Assembly (NCBI RefSeq): GCF_964188315.1
Contig: NC_135658.1
Span: 75,454,001-75,518,000, forward strand
DNA from: Podarcis muralis
Lineage: Eukaryota
Length of the DNA stretch: 64,000 nucleotides
Reading direction: 5' to 3'
Shown here: piece by piece, positions 23,947-35,790 of the stretch
Layout: the number at the start of each line of letters is the position of its first letter
Position numbering within the stretch: the stretch's first letter is position 1
Translations under genes and position numbers: made by a program
The notes under the pieces: generated by a model
The model's database searches: none
Told to the model about the DNA's origin: nothing
The model's input: only the letters and a program-made list of their open reading frames with translations

Positions 23947-26900
23947 TAGTATATCTCTGTGTGTATACATATATAATTAGTAATGGTTATTCACGTCATT
24001 AAAACAATGGCAAGAAGTGTCCAGAATCACAGAATGGGCCAATGCATGTTTGCCCTGAACAGACTTAGTTCTATGGAGCTTTATGCCTAGCAAGTGCGTT
24101 TCAGATTACAGCATGAGGGATCTGCTCCAAATTACCCAGCACCTCTGCACTGTTCTACAATCCTGGCAAAGCCCCCAAGAGATGGTTTTCTGGCTGCATC
24201 TGAAACTTCTTGATAAACTTATTTTGGGACTTCATATTTTGAATGAGCCAGTTCCTTATAAAGTCATCTATGTTGAGATGATGTTACTGGTAGATTAGGA
24301 ATGTCACTCTGCCAGTGAACCATATAGCTGTCATCTAGGCTTTACACATTTATTTTTCTAATTTTTATCTTTGCATAAAATTGGTGTTCATGATATCTCT
24401 TTGTTACAGTCTTTCCCTGTGCATCCTTTAATGAGCCTTGCTCCAAAGCTCTCGGAGAGGAGAATGAGAAGATTCCTTGATCCTGTATGCACTCGCTTCA
24501 TCCATAGTATTTTGTGGCACAAACACTTCATTTTGACTTTTTCCTTTTCTTTTAAAAAGCCATTGTACTGGTGGTAAATTGTGTGCATTTGTCTACTCTC
24601 CTTTCCTCCTTATCTCCCTTTCTTTTTCTTAAAATATTCTACCATTCCGCCCCCCATGAATTTCCTTATTGTATCCCATTTTTAAAGTTTATTCGAAGTA
24701 AGTCACAACCATCACTGTTGATATGACTATTCCTGTTAGTTAATTCTTCTAGTGTTTGTGAACTGCTAGGCACATACACTATCCCTACCCAAAGGATGGT
24801 CAAAATATCCAGTATCACTCCTGTATTGGTGCTGAATGCTGAAGCAACTTTGCAAAGGGCTTTTGCATGCAGGAACATACTGCACTGTAATATCCTTAAC
24901 TGGTAGAATAATTCATTCCCATTGCAGTCAATTGCAACATTTTGTTGACTGACATCTGTAGGAGACTGGGTGTAGCAGATACAAAAAAACCCCCAACAAC
25001 TCTGTAGCAATGTAAACTACCAGCTGCATCATTTGACTAGTTTAACATTCAGTGAAAATGTAGGGAATGGTACTAGGAACAAATTTACAGAATAAATAAT
25101 AGCACTTTCAAAAATCAATACTAAGATCTAACTTTCCATTTGAGATTTGGTGTTGTGCTCAAGAGCATGATCACTCCATTTCCATTTAAGAAACAGAAGC
25201 ATGCGCTATACACGTTGCTTGACCAAAGAAAAACCTCAGATGAATTCAAGCTGTTTAGCATTCTCTTTCTGTTTCCAACTTTGCCTGTGGTTTTATGTTT
25301 CGAATGCTTTAGCCTAATGTCATGTACTGGAGCAGTCTGCTAGCTTCTGCTGAAAGACATCAACCTATGAGATGATGAAATTAACATGCACTATCACCTT
25401 GCAGGAATCTCAGCTTGCAGCCGAAGAATTCGGAAAGAAGGTAGGCTTAAAATGCTGGCATTATCGTGCATATGTGTTACAAACAGCTCCCAGTGCTCAG
25501 TTAATTTGTTTTGCCACCCTGTGAGCTGTCTGGGTCAGCATATCAAAGAGACAGAAGGCAAGGAATGGCAGGGGTGATGCCAGCAACACAGTAAATGTTT
25601 AAATGCTCTGCCCTTTGCTTCTCCTACCTTGTGAGTGAGCACGGGGTAGACTCTTTATACATTCAAAACAGACATAGCTATGATGGTTCATAAGAAAAAT
25701 GGTAAGGGGGGGGACTCACCCCAAACCAGGCAAAGATTTGCTCAATTTGGGGCAATTTTGCCCTTCCTTAGCAGCCCTCGGAATGCCATCCCAAGTTGTT
25801 CAGGAGCCATCTCTAACCTTCTTAATATGCTTCATGAGGGTCACAGTGTCATCTCTGTCTTCCTCTTCTCCTTGTTCCTATTTCTCTGTTGGTGGTTGCT
25901 ATACTAAGGCTGCAGTCCTAACTTATCCACCACCACCCAGCTGGTGGGGCTTTTTTGGAATGGCAGGGCCACCAATGCATCTGAAGCCCTGCTGTTCAGA
26001 AAGTCTGTGGTGGAAGAAGGAGTGCCAACTTGATTAAATTATTGGGGGGGGGCAAGTAAACCCTGCCCCACATAATCGACCACGTGATGCGGTGCAGGGC
26101 AAGATTTGAATGGCAACGCCCATCAACTTTGGGGAGCCTGGCCCCCTCAACTGTTTTATGGGGGGACGGGACCTCGGCCTCCTAGGAGTTGGCTCCTATG
26201 TGCGGAAAGCAGAGGAAAGGATGATGCGCCCAGGTCCATGCTCCTGGCTAGTGCACCAACTGGACCTGACCCTGTCACACAACAGCAGTGAGACCAGAGC
26301 TCAGGATCCAATGGATCGTGGACCAGCTCAATCCTGCCTCTTCCTTGCCCCAGAACACCTCGTTGTGGTGTTTTCCTGACATCATCCAGACATTCAGCAG
26401 GTGGAAGCGGGAGGTTAGAGCCAAGGGAATGATTCTTGTGTCACTTCCATTGGTAATGGGTAGCAGGAGCCAGTTTAGTCAGGAGAGCTGGGTGGAGGGA
26501 TAAGTCTATTCATTCCAACTGCCCTCCCCAGTCTAGTTTAAATGGGGGGAGTTGGATTGCTTTGACCAGCTGCCTTCCTATGCATATTTACTGGGAAGCG
26601 ATCCCCGTTTTGAGCAGACATGCATAAGATTGCACTTGAACACACCTGGGAGGAAAGTTCTGGCTCTGCTGGCTGCAGAATCTCTTGGGCATTTCCCTGC
26701 CTCCATTGGGCCTCACTACACTGCAATATTTCAGAACTCCTGACCTATGTCAAAGTGCACAATAGGTTTAGAAACATTTGGCCAAGTCTGCTTTATTTCT
26801 TTCCTTTTACAGGACAGCTTGGATACCTTGGGCCGACCCTTTTTTCTCTTCAGGGTATCTAATTTTATTTGTTCATTATCGGGGGGTGGGGGGGATTGAA

Positions 26901-27688
26901 CCATACATAGTTTCCCCTCTTGGTATAAAAAAATGAAAATGAAAAACGCATTTATAAGCCCTGCCGCCCGAAACACACACCATTATATCAGAGCTTTCCA
27001 AACTGTGTGTCGCAGCACGTTAGTGTGTCGGCTACAGTGTGTAGGTGTGTTGTGCAAACGCTGTCTGCCTTCCACCCGGGGGATGGAAAGGGGTTGATTT
27101 AACCTTCGGTTTGCTAGTAAAACTGAATTCTGTGTCGTGAAATGATGTGTCTCCAACATGAAAAGTTTGGAACGCTCTGCATTATGTGATACTAGCATGT
27201 GTTAAAATCTACAGTTCACCCTACACTGTGGTCTCACTGTTTGGCAAAGAATTGCCCCCCACCCACCCTTGCCGTGGCTTCAGTGCAACCTATATGTTGC
27301 TTATATGGAGGACTGCAAGCAGTAGAGGGCACCTGCCCACAGACCAGCATATATGAATGGGAGGCATGGAAAGATGACCACATGCCTGCATGCTGACAAA
27401 ACATTCTGACAGCCAGTCGGAATGCAGCGCAGTTGTTCTAGTCAGCAAAGTGATGCTCTTTTGCAAATTCTCACCTTTGAATGACCTTGAGCTGGAGAAG
27501 CTCCTGGTGTGCCGACAAAGTCAAATCTGCACCTCTTATTTTCTGCTGTTCACTTTGTGGCAAAGCTGGAGATTATGCTTCTCAGTGTTATTTCATGAGT
27601 AACACTGCAGTGCATTTAATTTATTTTTCTTTGCGTGTTAAATTTTCAGCCAAGGAATGGAAGGACAGTGGATAATGGAGGTGAATAG
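20613..27688 (+). CDS. NMS: Neuromedin S precursor (~153 aa if dead exon 3 is skipped)
   Basis: AG/GT-bounded, frame-compatible exons: 20613-20685 (MKRHAPPFPLIFVIYCVCTARFTS-G), 21839-21894 (FPQPFDDYLGESDIPKSK), 22882-22941 (ICRSVMDLCNSMFNGMQIDE), 23044-23070 (ENNQEIYKR), 23157-23210 (FLFHYSRAQDPTYPLKTG), 24410-24484 (SFPVHPLMSLAPKLSERRMRRFLDP), 25405-25440 (ESQLAAEEFGKK), 26813-26854 (DSLDTLGRPFFLFR), 27650-27688 (PRNGRTVDNGGE*). Diagnostic FFLFRPRN-G-R core present. The extreme C-terminus is uncertain because of a possible donor at 27681. Confidence 0.95.
22156..22200 (+). pseudogene. NMS: Degenerate (dead) NMS exon 3
   Basis: Intact polypyrimidine tract and AG. Reads RLAWCFCQ*MSEQPH, alignable to human NMS exon 3 (QLAYCLSQWAPLSRQPK). 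TAG at 22180-22182 replaces Trp; donor position reads CAT|gcaaaa. Confidence 0.8.
22437..22615 (+). mobile_element. Degraded L2/CR1-group LINE fragment in NMS intron
   Basis: Decayed match to the LHW..LP..FKVLLL.YKA region also seen at 46617-46859. Confidence 0.55.
23881..23946. repeat. (ATT)n microsatellite, imperfect
   Basis: Directly visible. Confidence 0.95.
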
Positions 27689-27709
27689 GCCAGTCAAAAG
27701 GTTGTGTGT

Positions 27710-27744
<35 letters not shown>

Positions 27745-27784
27745 CAACATTCATATTTGTTTGTGGCAGTAATGATGATATCTC

Positions 27785-27912
27785 NNNNNNNNNNNNNNNN
27801 NNNNNNNNNNNNNNNNNNNNNNNNNNNNNNNNNNNNNNNNNNNNNNNNNNNNNNNNNNNNNNNNNNNNNNNNNNNNNNNNNNNNNNNNNNNNNNNNNNNN
27901 NNNNNNNNNNNN
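27785..27912. other. Assembly gap (128 N)
   Basis: Run of n, 97 nt after the provisional NMS stop. Preceded by a (TTTA)n tract and followed by a 10-bp duplication (aatgacatgg x2). Confidence 1.
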
Positions 27913-28225
27913 AATGACATGGAATGACATGGTGGTGGGGAGAATATTTTTATAAGCATGTTGACACCAGTGAAACAGTTCACATATATAGTACTACTTC
28001 ACACACTCAGGAACAATTGCTCCCCAATACATGGTCTGTGTCATTGGCATTAGCGGCGCCACTAGAGGCAGGTGATGCTGGGTTTCATCCCGTTCTTCAG
28101 TCATGTGATCACCATCATCAAAAGTTGACTGGAGCTGCACATGGGTCTCGTGCTACGTGATCTGGAACACCATGTGCAGCTACAGCACACAGATTTATGC
28201 TCACAGCACTCCTGCAGAGCACATC

Positions 28226-28796
28226 TGTCAGGAGAGGGAGTCAGGAACAGGTTGGCAATAGATCAGCGAAGTTTATTCTTTATTCAAGAGAACATGGTTG
28301 GCTCAGGAGACCAGGCCTAGTGAGCACAGCAACTCGTCCCAGTAGATCTTGCCTCTATGAGGCAGTTGTGGGGACTGAAGGTCCTCACCGTCCTACAGTT
28401 CCCTAAGTCTTCTCCTCCCCTGGGTCATTCCCAAGCCATCTGAGACTATATCGCCACAGCTGTCTTTACTCTACTCTCTTCACGCTTCTTTTGGTTCTGG
28501 GAGACCAGGAGGAAAGGGAACTGGTCACAGCAGGAAGGGAAGACACCTTGGCTTCTTCACTAACCTTACTCATCTCTTCCTCTTGGCCCCCTCTCATCTC
28601 CAGTCTCTGCTTCTGGACTGTTCTCTACCACAGACTCCCCCTGCTCACGAAGCCCTGTTACTGTCTCAGCTTCCAACACTTTTCCCCAGTGTGCTCATCT
28701 TACCACTACCAGTCCCCTAGCTCTGAACCTTCTTCCCTTGGGGGGTCTCCAGCTGGTGCCTCCCACTATTCCTCTGCATCCAGCCAGTCCATGACA
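28226..28796. mobile_element. Possible old solo LTR
   Basis: tgtca...tgaca ends and a tttatt poly(A)-signal complement near the left end; TSD not clean. Confidence 0.35.
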
Positions 28797-29419
28797 CCAT
28801 TTCACAATCCATTACCTTTTGCATGAATCAAGGCACCTTTGTAGAAACAGAATAGAACTTCTTGTGTCCAAATGGCTGGGAAGAGCTGGGATTAAAGGAC
28901 TGTTTTTGCCATGAAGGTGTTTGGACAAATAGCTTTATGTTTTTTAAATGGTTCCAATATCTGAGATTGCTAATAAGATCCCTGCTGTGTTTTAACATAA
29001 TTTGGTGTTACTGCCAACAAGCAGTTTCCATGTAGGAAGAAGAAAGGAGCTCTAGCTTTTAGAAGCAGACTCATTATGTCATATACTGCTATGTATGCCA
29101 ACTTCCTCATAAGGAGTGCACTGACTGGAACTTCTACGCATCTGTGCTCTGCCTAGCAATGTGATGCATCTCCTGTTTGTTGTGTTTCTTGGTCATCAGC
29201 AGGAAATTACAATCTTTTCTCTACAAAAAAGCTTATTGCTAACTATATGTTTTAGCCTTTTTGAATCCAAGTGAATATTTTTTTATTTTAACTACCAGCC
29301 AGTTCAGTACTGGAACTCATAGCTGATACATACAGATCATATTATTTTGTAGTACTGGTAGGCTTAAAGCTTTCAGAATTGACACAACTGCCCTAAAGAT
29401 GAAGGGTCCAATCCAGTAG

Positions 29420-29540
29420 AATCATAGAATTGTAGAGTTGGAAGGGACCATCTAGTCCCAAGACCCTGCAATCTTTTGCCCAACGGGGGGCCAAAACCCA
29501 CGACCCTGAGATTAAGAGTCCTGCTCTCCCAACTGAGCTA
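29420..29540 (-). mobile_element. tRNA-Lys-derived SINE remnant with CR1-like body
   Basis: 29485-29540 is the reverse complement of a decayed tRNA-Lys(CTT) (tagctcagtt...actcttaatctcagggtcgtggg), next to a CR1-type atagaatcatagaatt motif. Confidence 0.6.
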
Positions 29541-32513
29541 CCCCCAATACCAAGCCTTTCTGGATCAGACCAAAGGCTTGACTAGTCCAGCATTCTCTAT
29601 TCACAGTGGCCAACCAGATGTCCATGGCATGCCTGCAAGGAGGCCGGACTGCAACAGTGTTCTTGCAACCTGCATTGTCCAGCAACTGGTATCTAGAGGC
29701 ATACTGCAGTAGTTATGTGCAGCCATCTTGCAAGAGCATCTTTGCATGGAGGACATCATCTGCATTAGGTGACGGAGAGGGAAGGCTTCAACAGTTGACT
29801 GGAGAGTGCCTTAAGTGCTTAGATTCCTTCAAAGACTGACTGCAGTATTTTTCTTTCAGACTTCAAGGAAAGAGAAAACCCAAGGGTCACTTGGCTTCCT
29901 CGCTCTATCACTTTAAACTCTGAAAAGAAACGTTTGGACTACTAGTCCTTTGTTAAGAGACATGCTCTTGAAGCCTGTGAAGTTACATGTAATAAATTTG
30001 CAGCCATAAATTATACCTGTATGGTTTCTCTGTGTGTTCATGCCCTCCCTTTATACCCCCAATCCCCATATGTACCCAGCTGAATATTCATTTAGGTTTG
30101 CCATGTCCTCATTCAGCAGAAACCCAAATGTGTTCTTTGTTAAAAAGAAATAATTACGATTCAGTGAATAGTTACTCAGATGTGTCTGCTTTATTTGTGG
30201 CATAAGTCACGATAAAGGGACAAGTTGTTGGGATGTGAATAGCTGCTCGGGGAGGATATATTTATTAGATATTATCCTTCCTTCCTTACGTCTGTGAGTT
30301 CAGCAGCTTAAGAGGGAAGCTGTCCCCATCAGTACAACATAGAGGCAGCCATTTTGTTGTGCATGCAATGGCCCTCAGCACATAGAAGCACACATGAAGT
30401 AGCATGGTTCCTGCACCATTTTAAAAAGCACTTTATCAGGCATGGCAGAAGTGCTGTGCTTTCAAGCTGCTCCAGGCCTCAGCTTTAAACTGCTTAAAGC
30501 AGCAGAAGTGGAGATGCAGAACTGCCCTTGGTACAACTCATATGGACTCCTCACTTATTATTTTTTTAATTACTGTTTTTATCTCCAGATTTTTTAAGAT
30601 TTTCCTGGAATCATCCTAAAAATCTCCCTGGGACATGATTTAAGACGTACGTGAACGAAATCAGAACAAGAAGAACTAATATGGATTCTGTCTGCCTCTG
30701 GGATAGATTCTGTCCATCAAGTGATTGACAGATTAATGGCCCCACAAACCTGTCAGAAATGACCCAGAGAGAGTGGGCCAGTTCTGGATTTGGCCCACCA
30801 TTACACAATAATCCAAGAGTAGAGTAGGGTGAACTATTTTGATATAGGTCAAAAAGTCTTTAAAACTGTTCGAAAATTCAAACTTTGAAAGATATCCATC
30901 TATCTGGACACCTAAAAGTAAACACGTGTGGCACATTATTCCTACATAATTGTTTCAGAATTACCCACATTGTAGAACATGGAAGCACTTCCTGCACCAC
31001 AGGAAATGGTAGAAGTGACTATACAATTCTAGAGATTGGAAAGTGTCAGACCCTTGGGTTCCAGAAGGAACATAATAAATATGTTGTTGCACCTCACCAC
31101 AATCTCCAAGCAGTGCAAGATTCCAGGGATTCCAGTTGCTTCCAGGGTTGGGTTTCCTCAGAATGAGGGAGAGAGGAAGCTGATATATGGTTTATTTATA
31201 CACATACATGTATATGAATCTCATTTCTTTTTTTAAAAATTGAGTTTGACTGGATCCAATAATTAGAACAGGGTTCCGGCATATAGCCTATGCCCACCCA
31301 AACTAACAACAGTATTTTCAACACACAGTAGACTTTAGTGGCAGAAGCCTCTTGCACACACGAGGTACGTATTAATTAAAACGACAGCTTTCAGTTCAAC
31401 TTCAACTATGGGCAAATCCTCCTGTTCATTCCTGGGGAAGTGAATCACAGCCCAGTCGCTAAAGGGAACAGAACAGAGGATGACAACACTTTTTTTAAAA
31501 AAGGAGAAACAAAGCTCTCTAATGGTCAAGCCCTGTTCCTTAATTGTCAAAGACTGGTGGAAGCCATCCTGTGGTTTTTCAGTTAACTTGGCGAGCAAAA
31601 CACAATTTCATCTCCATCACGGGGCCACATGAAACTGAACTAGTAATGTATATTAAAACCTTGCAGGAGGTTCCAAAACGCCATCTTGGTTTTATCTCAT
31701 AGGGATCTAAAAGATATTTGAAGTTGTACATTTCAAACTCACATGCAGAAAACCTGAGACGTAAACACTTCGGTATGTTAATTTCAACATATCTTTCTTC
31801 TAATGAAAGCATCTCCCATCAAATTAGAGGGTTGAAGGTACGGGTGGTGAAGCTGCAAACCGAAACATATCACCTCCATCTGCCTCAGCCATTACCGTGC
31901 GAACTGTACGCATTAAGGTTGTGGTCCTAAGTGTGCTTATTTGAAAGCAAATCAACTGCTGTCAGCAAGAACGACTTGCAAGCAAATCTGGCTAGGATTG
32001 CATTCTGCAAGAAGCTGATTCACATTGGCGCACACTCCTAACTGTGATATTACTTGGCTGCTTCCAAAGCTAGCTCAAGACATTTCTGGTAAAATGATTG
32101 GAAAGCTTGTTACAATCAAGCAGCAGATAATTTTGGTCAACTAAAACAAATTTTGAAACCTGAAGTGAAAGACAAGATGCTGCCCGGCCTGCTCCATTCT
32201 ACATACCAAAATCTAGCAGGCTGGCATTTTAATCTTACCTCAGTACTGATGAGATAGTACTGTCCACCTTGCCTGCGGGCAGCCAGCTAGCTTAGGGGGC
32301 ACAGAGCAGGCTGCATGGAAAACACAAACAGCTCTGTACCCCAAGGTGGCTGTCTTTGTCTGATGCTAGGGGCCACCACCTCTAGCTACTCCACCATTAT
32401 CAAGCATATCTGGGGCTTATTAGATAATAGAGCACACAATACCTGCTGGATGAGATCAGTCACAGCCCAAGGTCATTACAAGAATTGCGCTACTGCAGGG
32501 TCAAGAATGTTGA

Positions 32514-32873
32514 GGGACGCGGGTGGCGCTGTGGGTAAAACCTCAGTGCCTAGGACTTGCCGATCGCATGGTCGGCGGTTCGAATCCCCGCGGCGGGGTG
32601 CACTCCCGTCGTTCGGTCCCAGCGCCTACCAACCTAGCAGTTCAAAAGCACCTCCGGGTGCAAGTAGATAAATAGGGACCGCTTACCAGCGGGAAGGTAA
32701 ACGGCGTTCCGTGTGCTGCGCTGGCTCGCCAGATGCAGCTTGTCACGCTGGCCACGTGACCCGGAAGTGTCTGCGGACAGCGCTGGCTCCCGGCCTATAG
32801 AGTGAGATGAGCGCACAACCCTAGAGTCTGGCAAGACTGGCCCGTACGGGCAGGGGTACCTTTACCTTTACCT
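32514..32873 (+). mobile_element. Sauria SINE, full length
   Basis: Complete head to (ACCTTT)n tail; 11-bp TSD agggtcaagaa (32497-32507 / 32874-32884). Confidence 0.93.
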
Positions 32874-33108
32874 AGGGTCAAGAAGGTGGTGAAGCAAGCA
32901 ATCAAGCTGGCCAAGTTCATAGGTCAGTGGCTGGGAACCCAGAGGTCTTAAAAATAACAGCTCAATTGCGTCACAAAACAACTTGTGTGGATCTGTAATG
33001 GAAGGTCATACAAGTAGGAAATGTATTATAGCTAGTTCACAGGTCATTAGACACAACCGGTAAGGCTAATTAAAAGCATACATTTCTCTGTACATTATAG
33101 AATTTGCC

Positions 33109-33167
33109 TTTATTTTATTTTAACATTTAAAACATTTTAACATTATTTTAACATTTTAACATTTATT
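33109..33167 (-). terminator. Poly(A) signals of H2A copy A
   Basis: AATAAA on the minus strand at 33162-33167, 33114-33119 and 33109-33114. No histone stem-loop seen after the stop. Confidence 0.6.
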
Positions 33168-33313
33168 TAAACATCTAAAGTTTTTGTTTTTGTTTTGTTT
33201 TTTACAACAGACCATACTAATGATGAATGCCCCAAAGAACAAAAGCTAAGCTTCTGACAATATAACCTTTCTGGCAGAGTCTGTTCTTGCAAGATACTGA
33301 AATGCTGAAAGTT

Positions 33314-33727
33314 TTATAATTCCTGGGATTCGGGGTGTCCTGTGGCTTCCTTACGCTGCAGAGTCTTCTTGGGAATAAGCTGGGTATGGATGTTGGGGAG
33401 AACTCCACCTTCCGCAATGGTCACATGTGCAAACAGCTTGTTCAACTCATCATCGCTTCTGATCGCCAACTGGATGTGGCGTGGCCCAATTCGTTGCTTC
33501 TTGTTCTCATGAGCAGCATTTCCCGCCAGCTCCAGTAGCTCTGCAGTCAGATATTCCAACACGGCAGCCATGTACACCAAGGCGCCAACACCCACTCTTT
33601 CTGCGTACCGACCCCGTCTCAAAAGACGTCCGATGCGGCCCACTGGGAACTGCAAGCCAGCTCTTGCACTTTTGCTTTTTTTTACCTTGATTGCAGGCTT
33701 TGCCGGCTTCTTGCCCCGCCCAGACAT
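33314..33727 (-). CDS. Divergent histone H2A variant, copy A (137 aa, C-terminal SQEL)
   Basis: Intact [68 protein letters not shown]. Polypyrimidine acceptor tgtag|GATCCAAGATG just upstream (exon starts 33735). Confidence 0.93.
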   Translation of the reverse strand: MSGRGKKPAKPAIKVKKSKSARAGLQFPVGRIGRLLRRGRYAERVGVGALVYMAAVLEYLTAELLELAGNAAHENKKQRIGPRHIQLAIRSDDELNKLFAHVTIAEGGVLPNIHTQLIPKKTLQRKEATGHPESQEL

Positions 33728-35034
33728 CTTGGATCCTACAAACAAGAGAGGAGAGCCCAACTCCACTACACAATGCAAATGGCTTTGTGAGGTGTCCAAA
33801 GCCTAGTTGACCTTCCTGCAATTTGGAAGGAAGAGTATTTGGAGAACCAAACGCCTAAGAATTTTCTGTAATAATGACCTAGGATGTGGCCTTAAGATTT
33901 ACATTCTTCTAAGCAGACTGGTTTTCTGCCAAATCAAGTTCAGCCATTTTAGGACCAGGTCAGCCAAAGAGGAGCTCTACACCAGTTGCTGGACTCCAAT
34001 TCCCATCAGCCATAGCAACTACGATCCAGGCTGAAGGATTGTAGGCCAACATCATCTGCATACCATCCAACATTTCTCCGATGAACATAAGGACGTCTCA
34101 TTCCATAATGATGATTTTACTATTTATACTCCATGCTTCTAATAGATATAAAAAATATAATAAAACCTTAAACAACCTTCCCTATACAGGATTAACTTCA
34201 GATGGCTTGGGGGTTGGATAGCTCAGTACCTTCCAACATTTCTCCAATTAAAATAGGGACATCCTAAGGAAAAATGGGACATTCCAGGATTAAGTAAGAA
34301 ACTGGGATGCTTTTCTAAATCGGGAACGTCCCTGGAACACAATAGAAACACAATAGAAATAGAAGGCCTGCATCCAAAAGGGCACCATGTTTGCTAACCC
34401 TGTTTAAAACAATGCTACCACCCCATAGTAAGGTAGAAAGCTAGGAAGAAGGAATTTTTGCCACTGATAGCACAAAGTTTGTTCAGTCAGTAGCAAAAAG
34501 TGCTAGGACAAAAAGCTGCTGGAGAATTCTGCTTCATCAAAAAAAGATGTCAGTGTCATATACCCACTTAGTAATTCTTTTAAAAATTATATAATTTTTA
34601 TTCTCTAAAATACAGCTACATGGTGTTAAGTCAATGCAGGAGCTATGCCTCTTTAGTAGGAATGCTATTGTACACGTCCAATGGTGGCTTGCTCCTCAGA
34701 CCTTAGAAGGCCTTATGTCTCACCATACAGATAAAAATTTCATCTGCTATATTTCTTAAAAAACATGATTAGCCTACCATTAAAGGCTAAACAGGGTTTC
34801 CCACCCCCCTAAAAAGCTTTTAAAAATTAAAAAAGGAAAGGAAAATCTAACAGCAATCAGTAGTACACATAATATACGTGTGCTAATATACGGTATATTA
34901 TTAAGCATAATGTATTTATTATTCATAACATATTATCTTTAAACATAACATAGGTAATACTTATATGTATTACTCTTATATTAGAAACTAATTAAACCAC
35001 TTGCATTTTTTTTCATTTCAAAAAAGCCACTCAC

Positions 35035-35170
35035 CTTCTTATTACAGCAGACAACTACAAAGACAAGAGTTTTCTCCTCCTTTGACATAACCCTCTTTTT
35101 AAACCAATTTGTTCAGAACAGCTGCATCCAATTTGTCAGTATTTCTGATTTTAATGGATACCAATCCTTT
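35035..35170 (-). promoter_or_regulatory. Promoter and non-coding exon 1 of H2A copy A
   Basis: Donor AAG|gtgagtgg (exon end 35035), TTTAAAA box 35097-35103, CAGCTG 35119-35124. Alignable to the copy B promoter at 38250-38480. Confidence 0.7.
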
Positions 35171-35790
35171 TAATTTAAAGAAGTCCCATTCTGATCAATA
35201 GGGTTTGAGAGGGTATTTTACCACAATTATGACACTTTCAGAAAGCTAATTTTAATTCTCAAGGGAAGTAATAGAACCGTTCTATTCTGCCTTGGTTAGA
35301 CCACATTCAATATGTTTTCCACCTACCAAGGAAACTTTCCACTGAGAGATGGAAATAGAGATATGGATAACAGCTGAGTTTTATATGTTAAACAATGGAG
35401 GATAAACTATGGTATGTTTATTTTACCCCTGCAGTCCCAATGACAACCTGAAACCTGCACAGAACCTGGTGGAGCCTACAGTAATTTGAACATCTGCTAT
35501 CTCCTCTCATGGCCCGTTTTAAGATTATGGGCTCCTCCATACTTATATTGAGCATTTATTATGATTGGTTTTAATGTTATGACAGCCATATCATATCAAA
35601 GCAGAGCAAACAGAAATGGACCTTGGTTTTAGAAGTTATCTTAAGAGCACTACACACTTTCTCTCTTTCAAGTATCGCCCACCCAGACTTTTTGGGGTCT
35701 CTTTTTGTCTCTCCTCAACTGTAGCAAGCTGATTAGCAATTTCATTTCAGCTCAAGTTACCTCAGTAACTTGAGCCAATCTCCCTCCCTA

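Noticed and set aside
29485-29540. tRNA-Lys-like sequences (also 61595-61650)
   Set aside because: Incomplete, mutated and fused to CR1-like sequence; SINE heads, not tRNA genes.
33728-33799. N-terminal extensions of the H2A ORFs (also 39458-39508)
   Set aside because: They run through the polypyrimidine tract and acceptor of the predicted intron; the real start is MSGRGK.
33335-33821. Alternative-frame and antisense ORFs over both H2A genes
   Set aside because: Shadows of the histone CDS, duplicated only because the CDS is duplicated.
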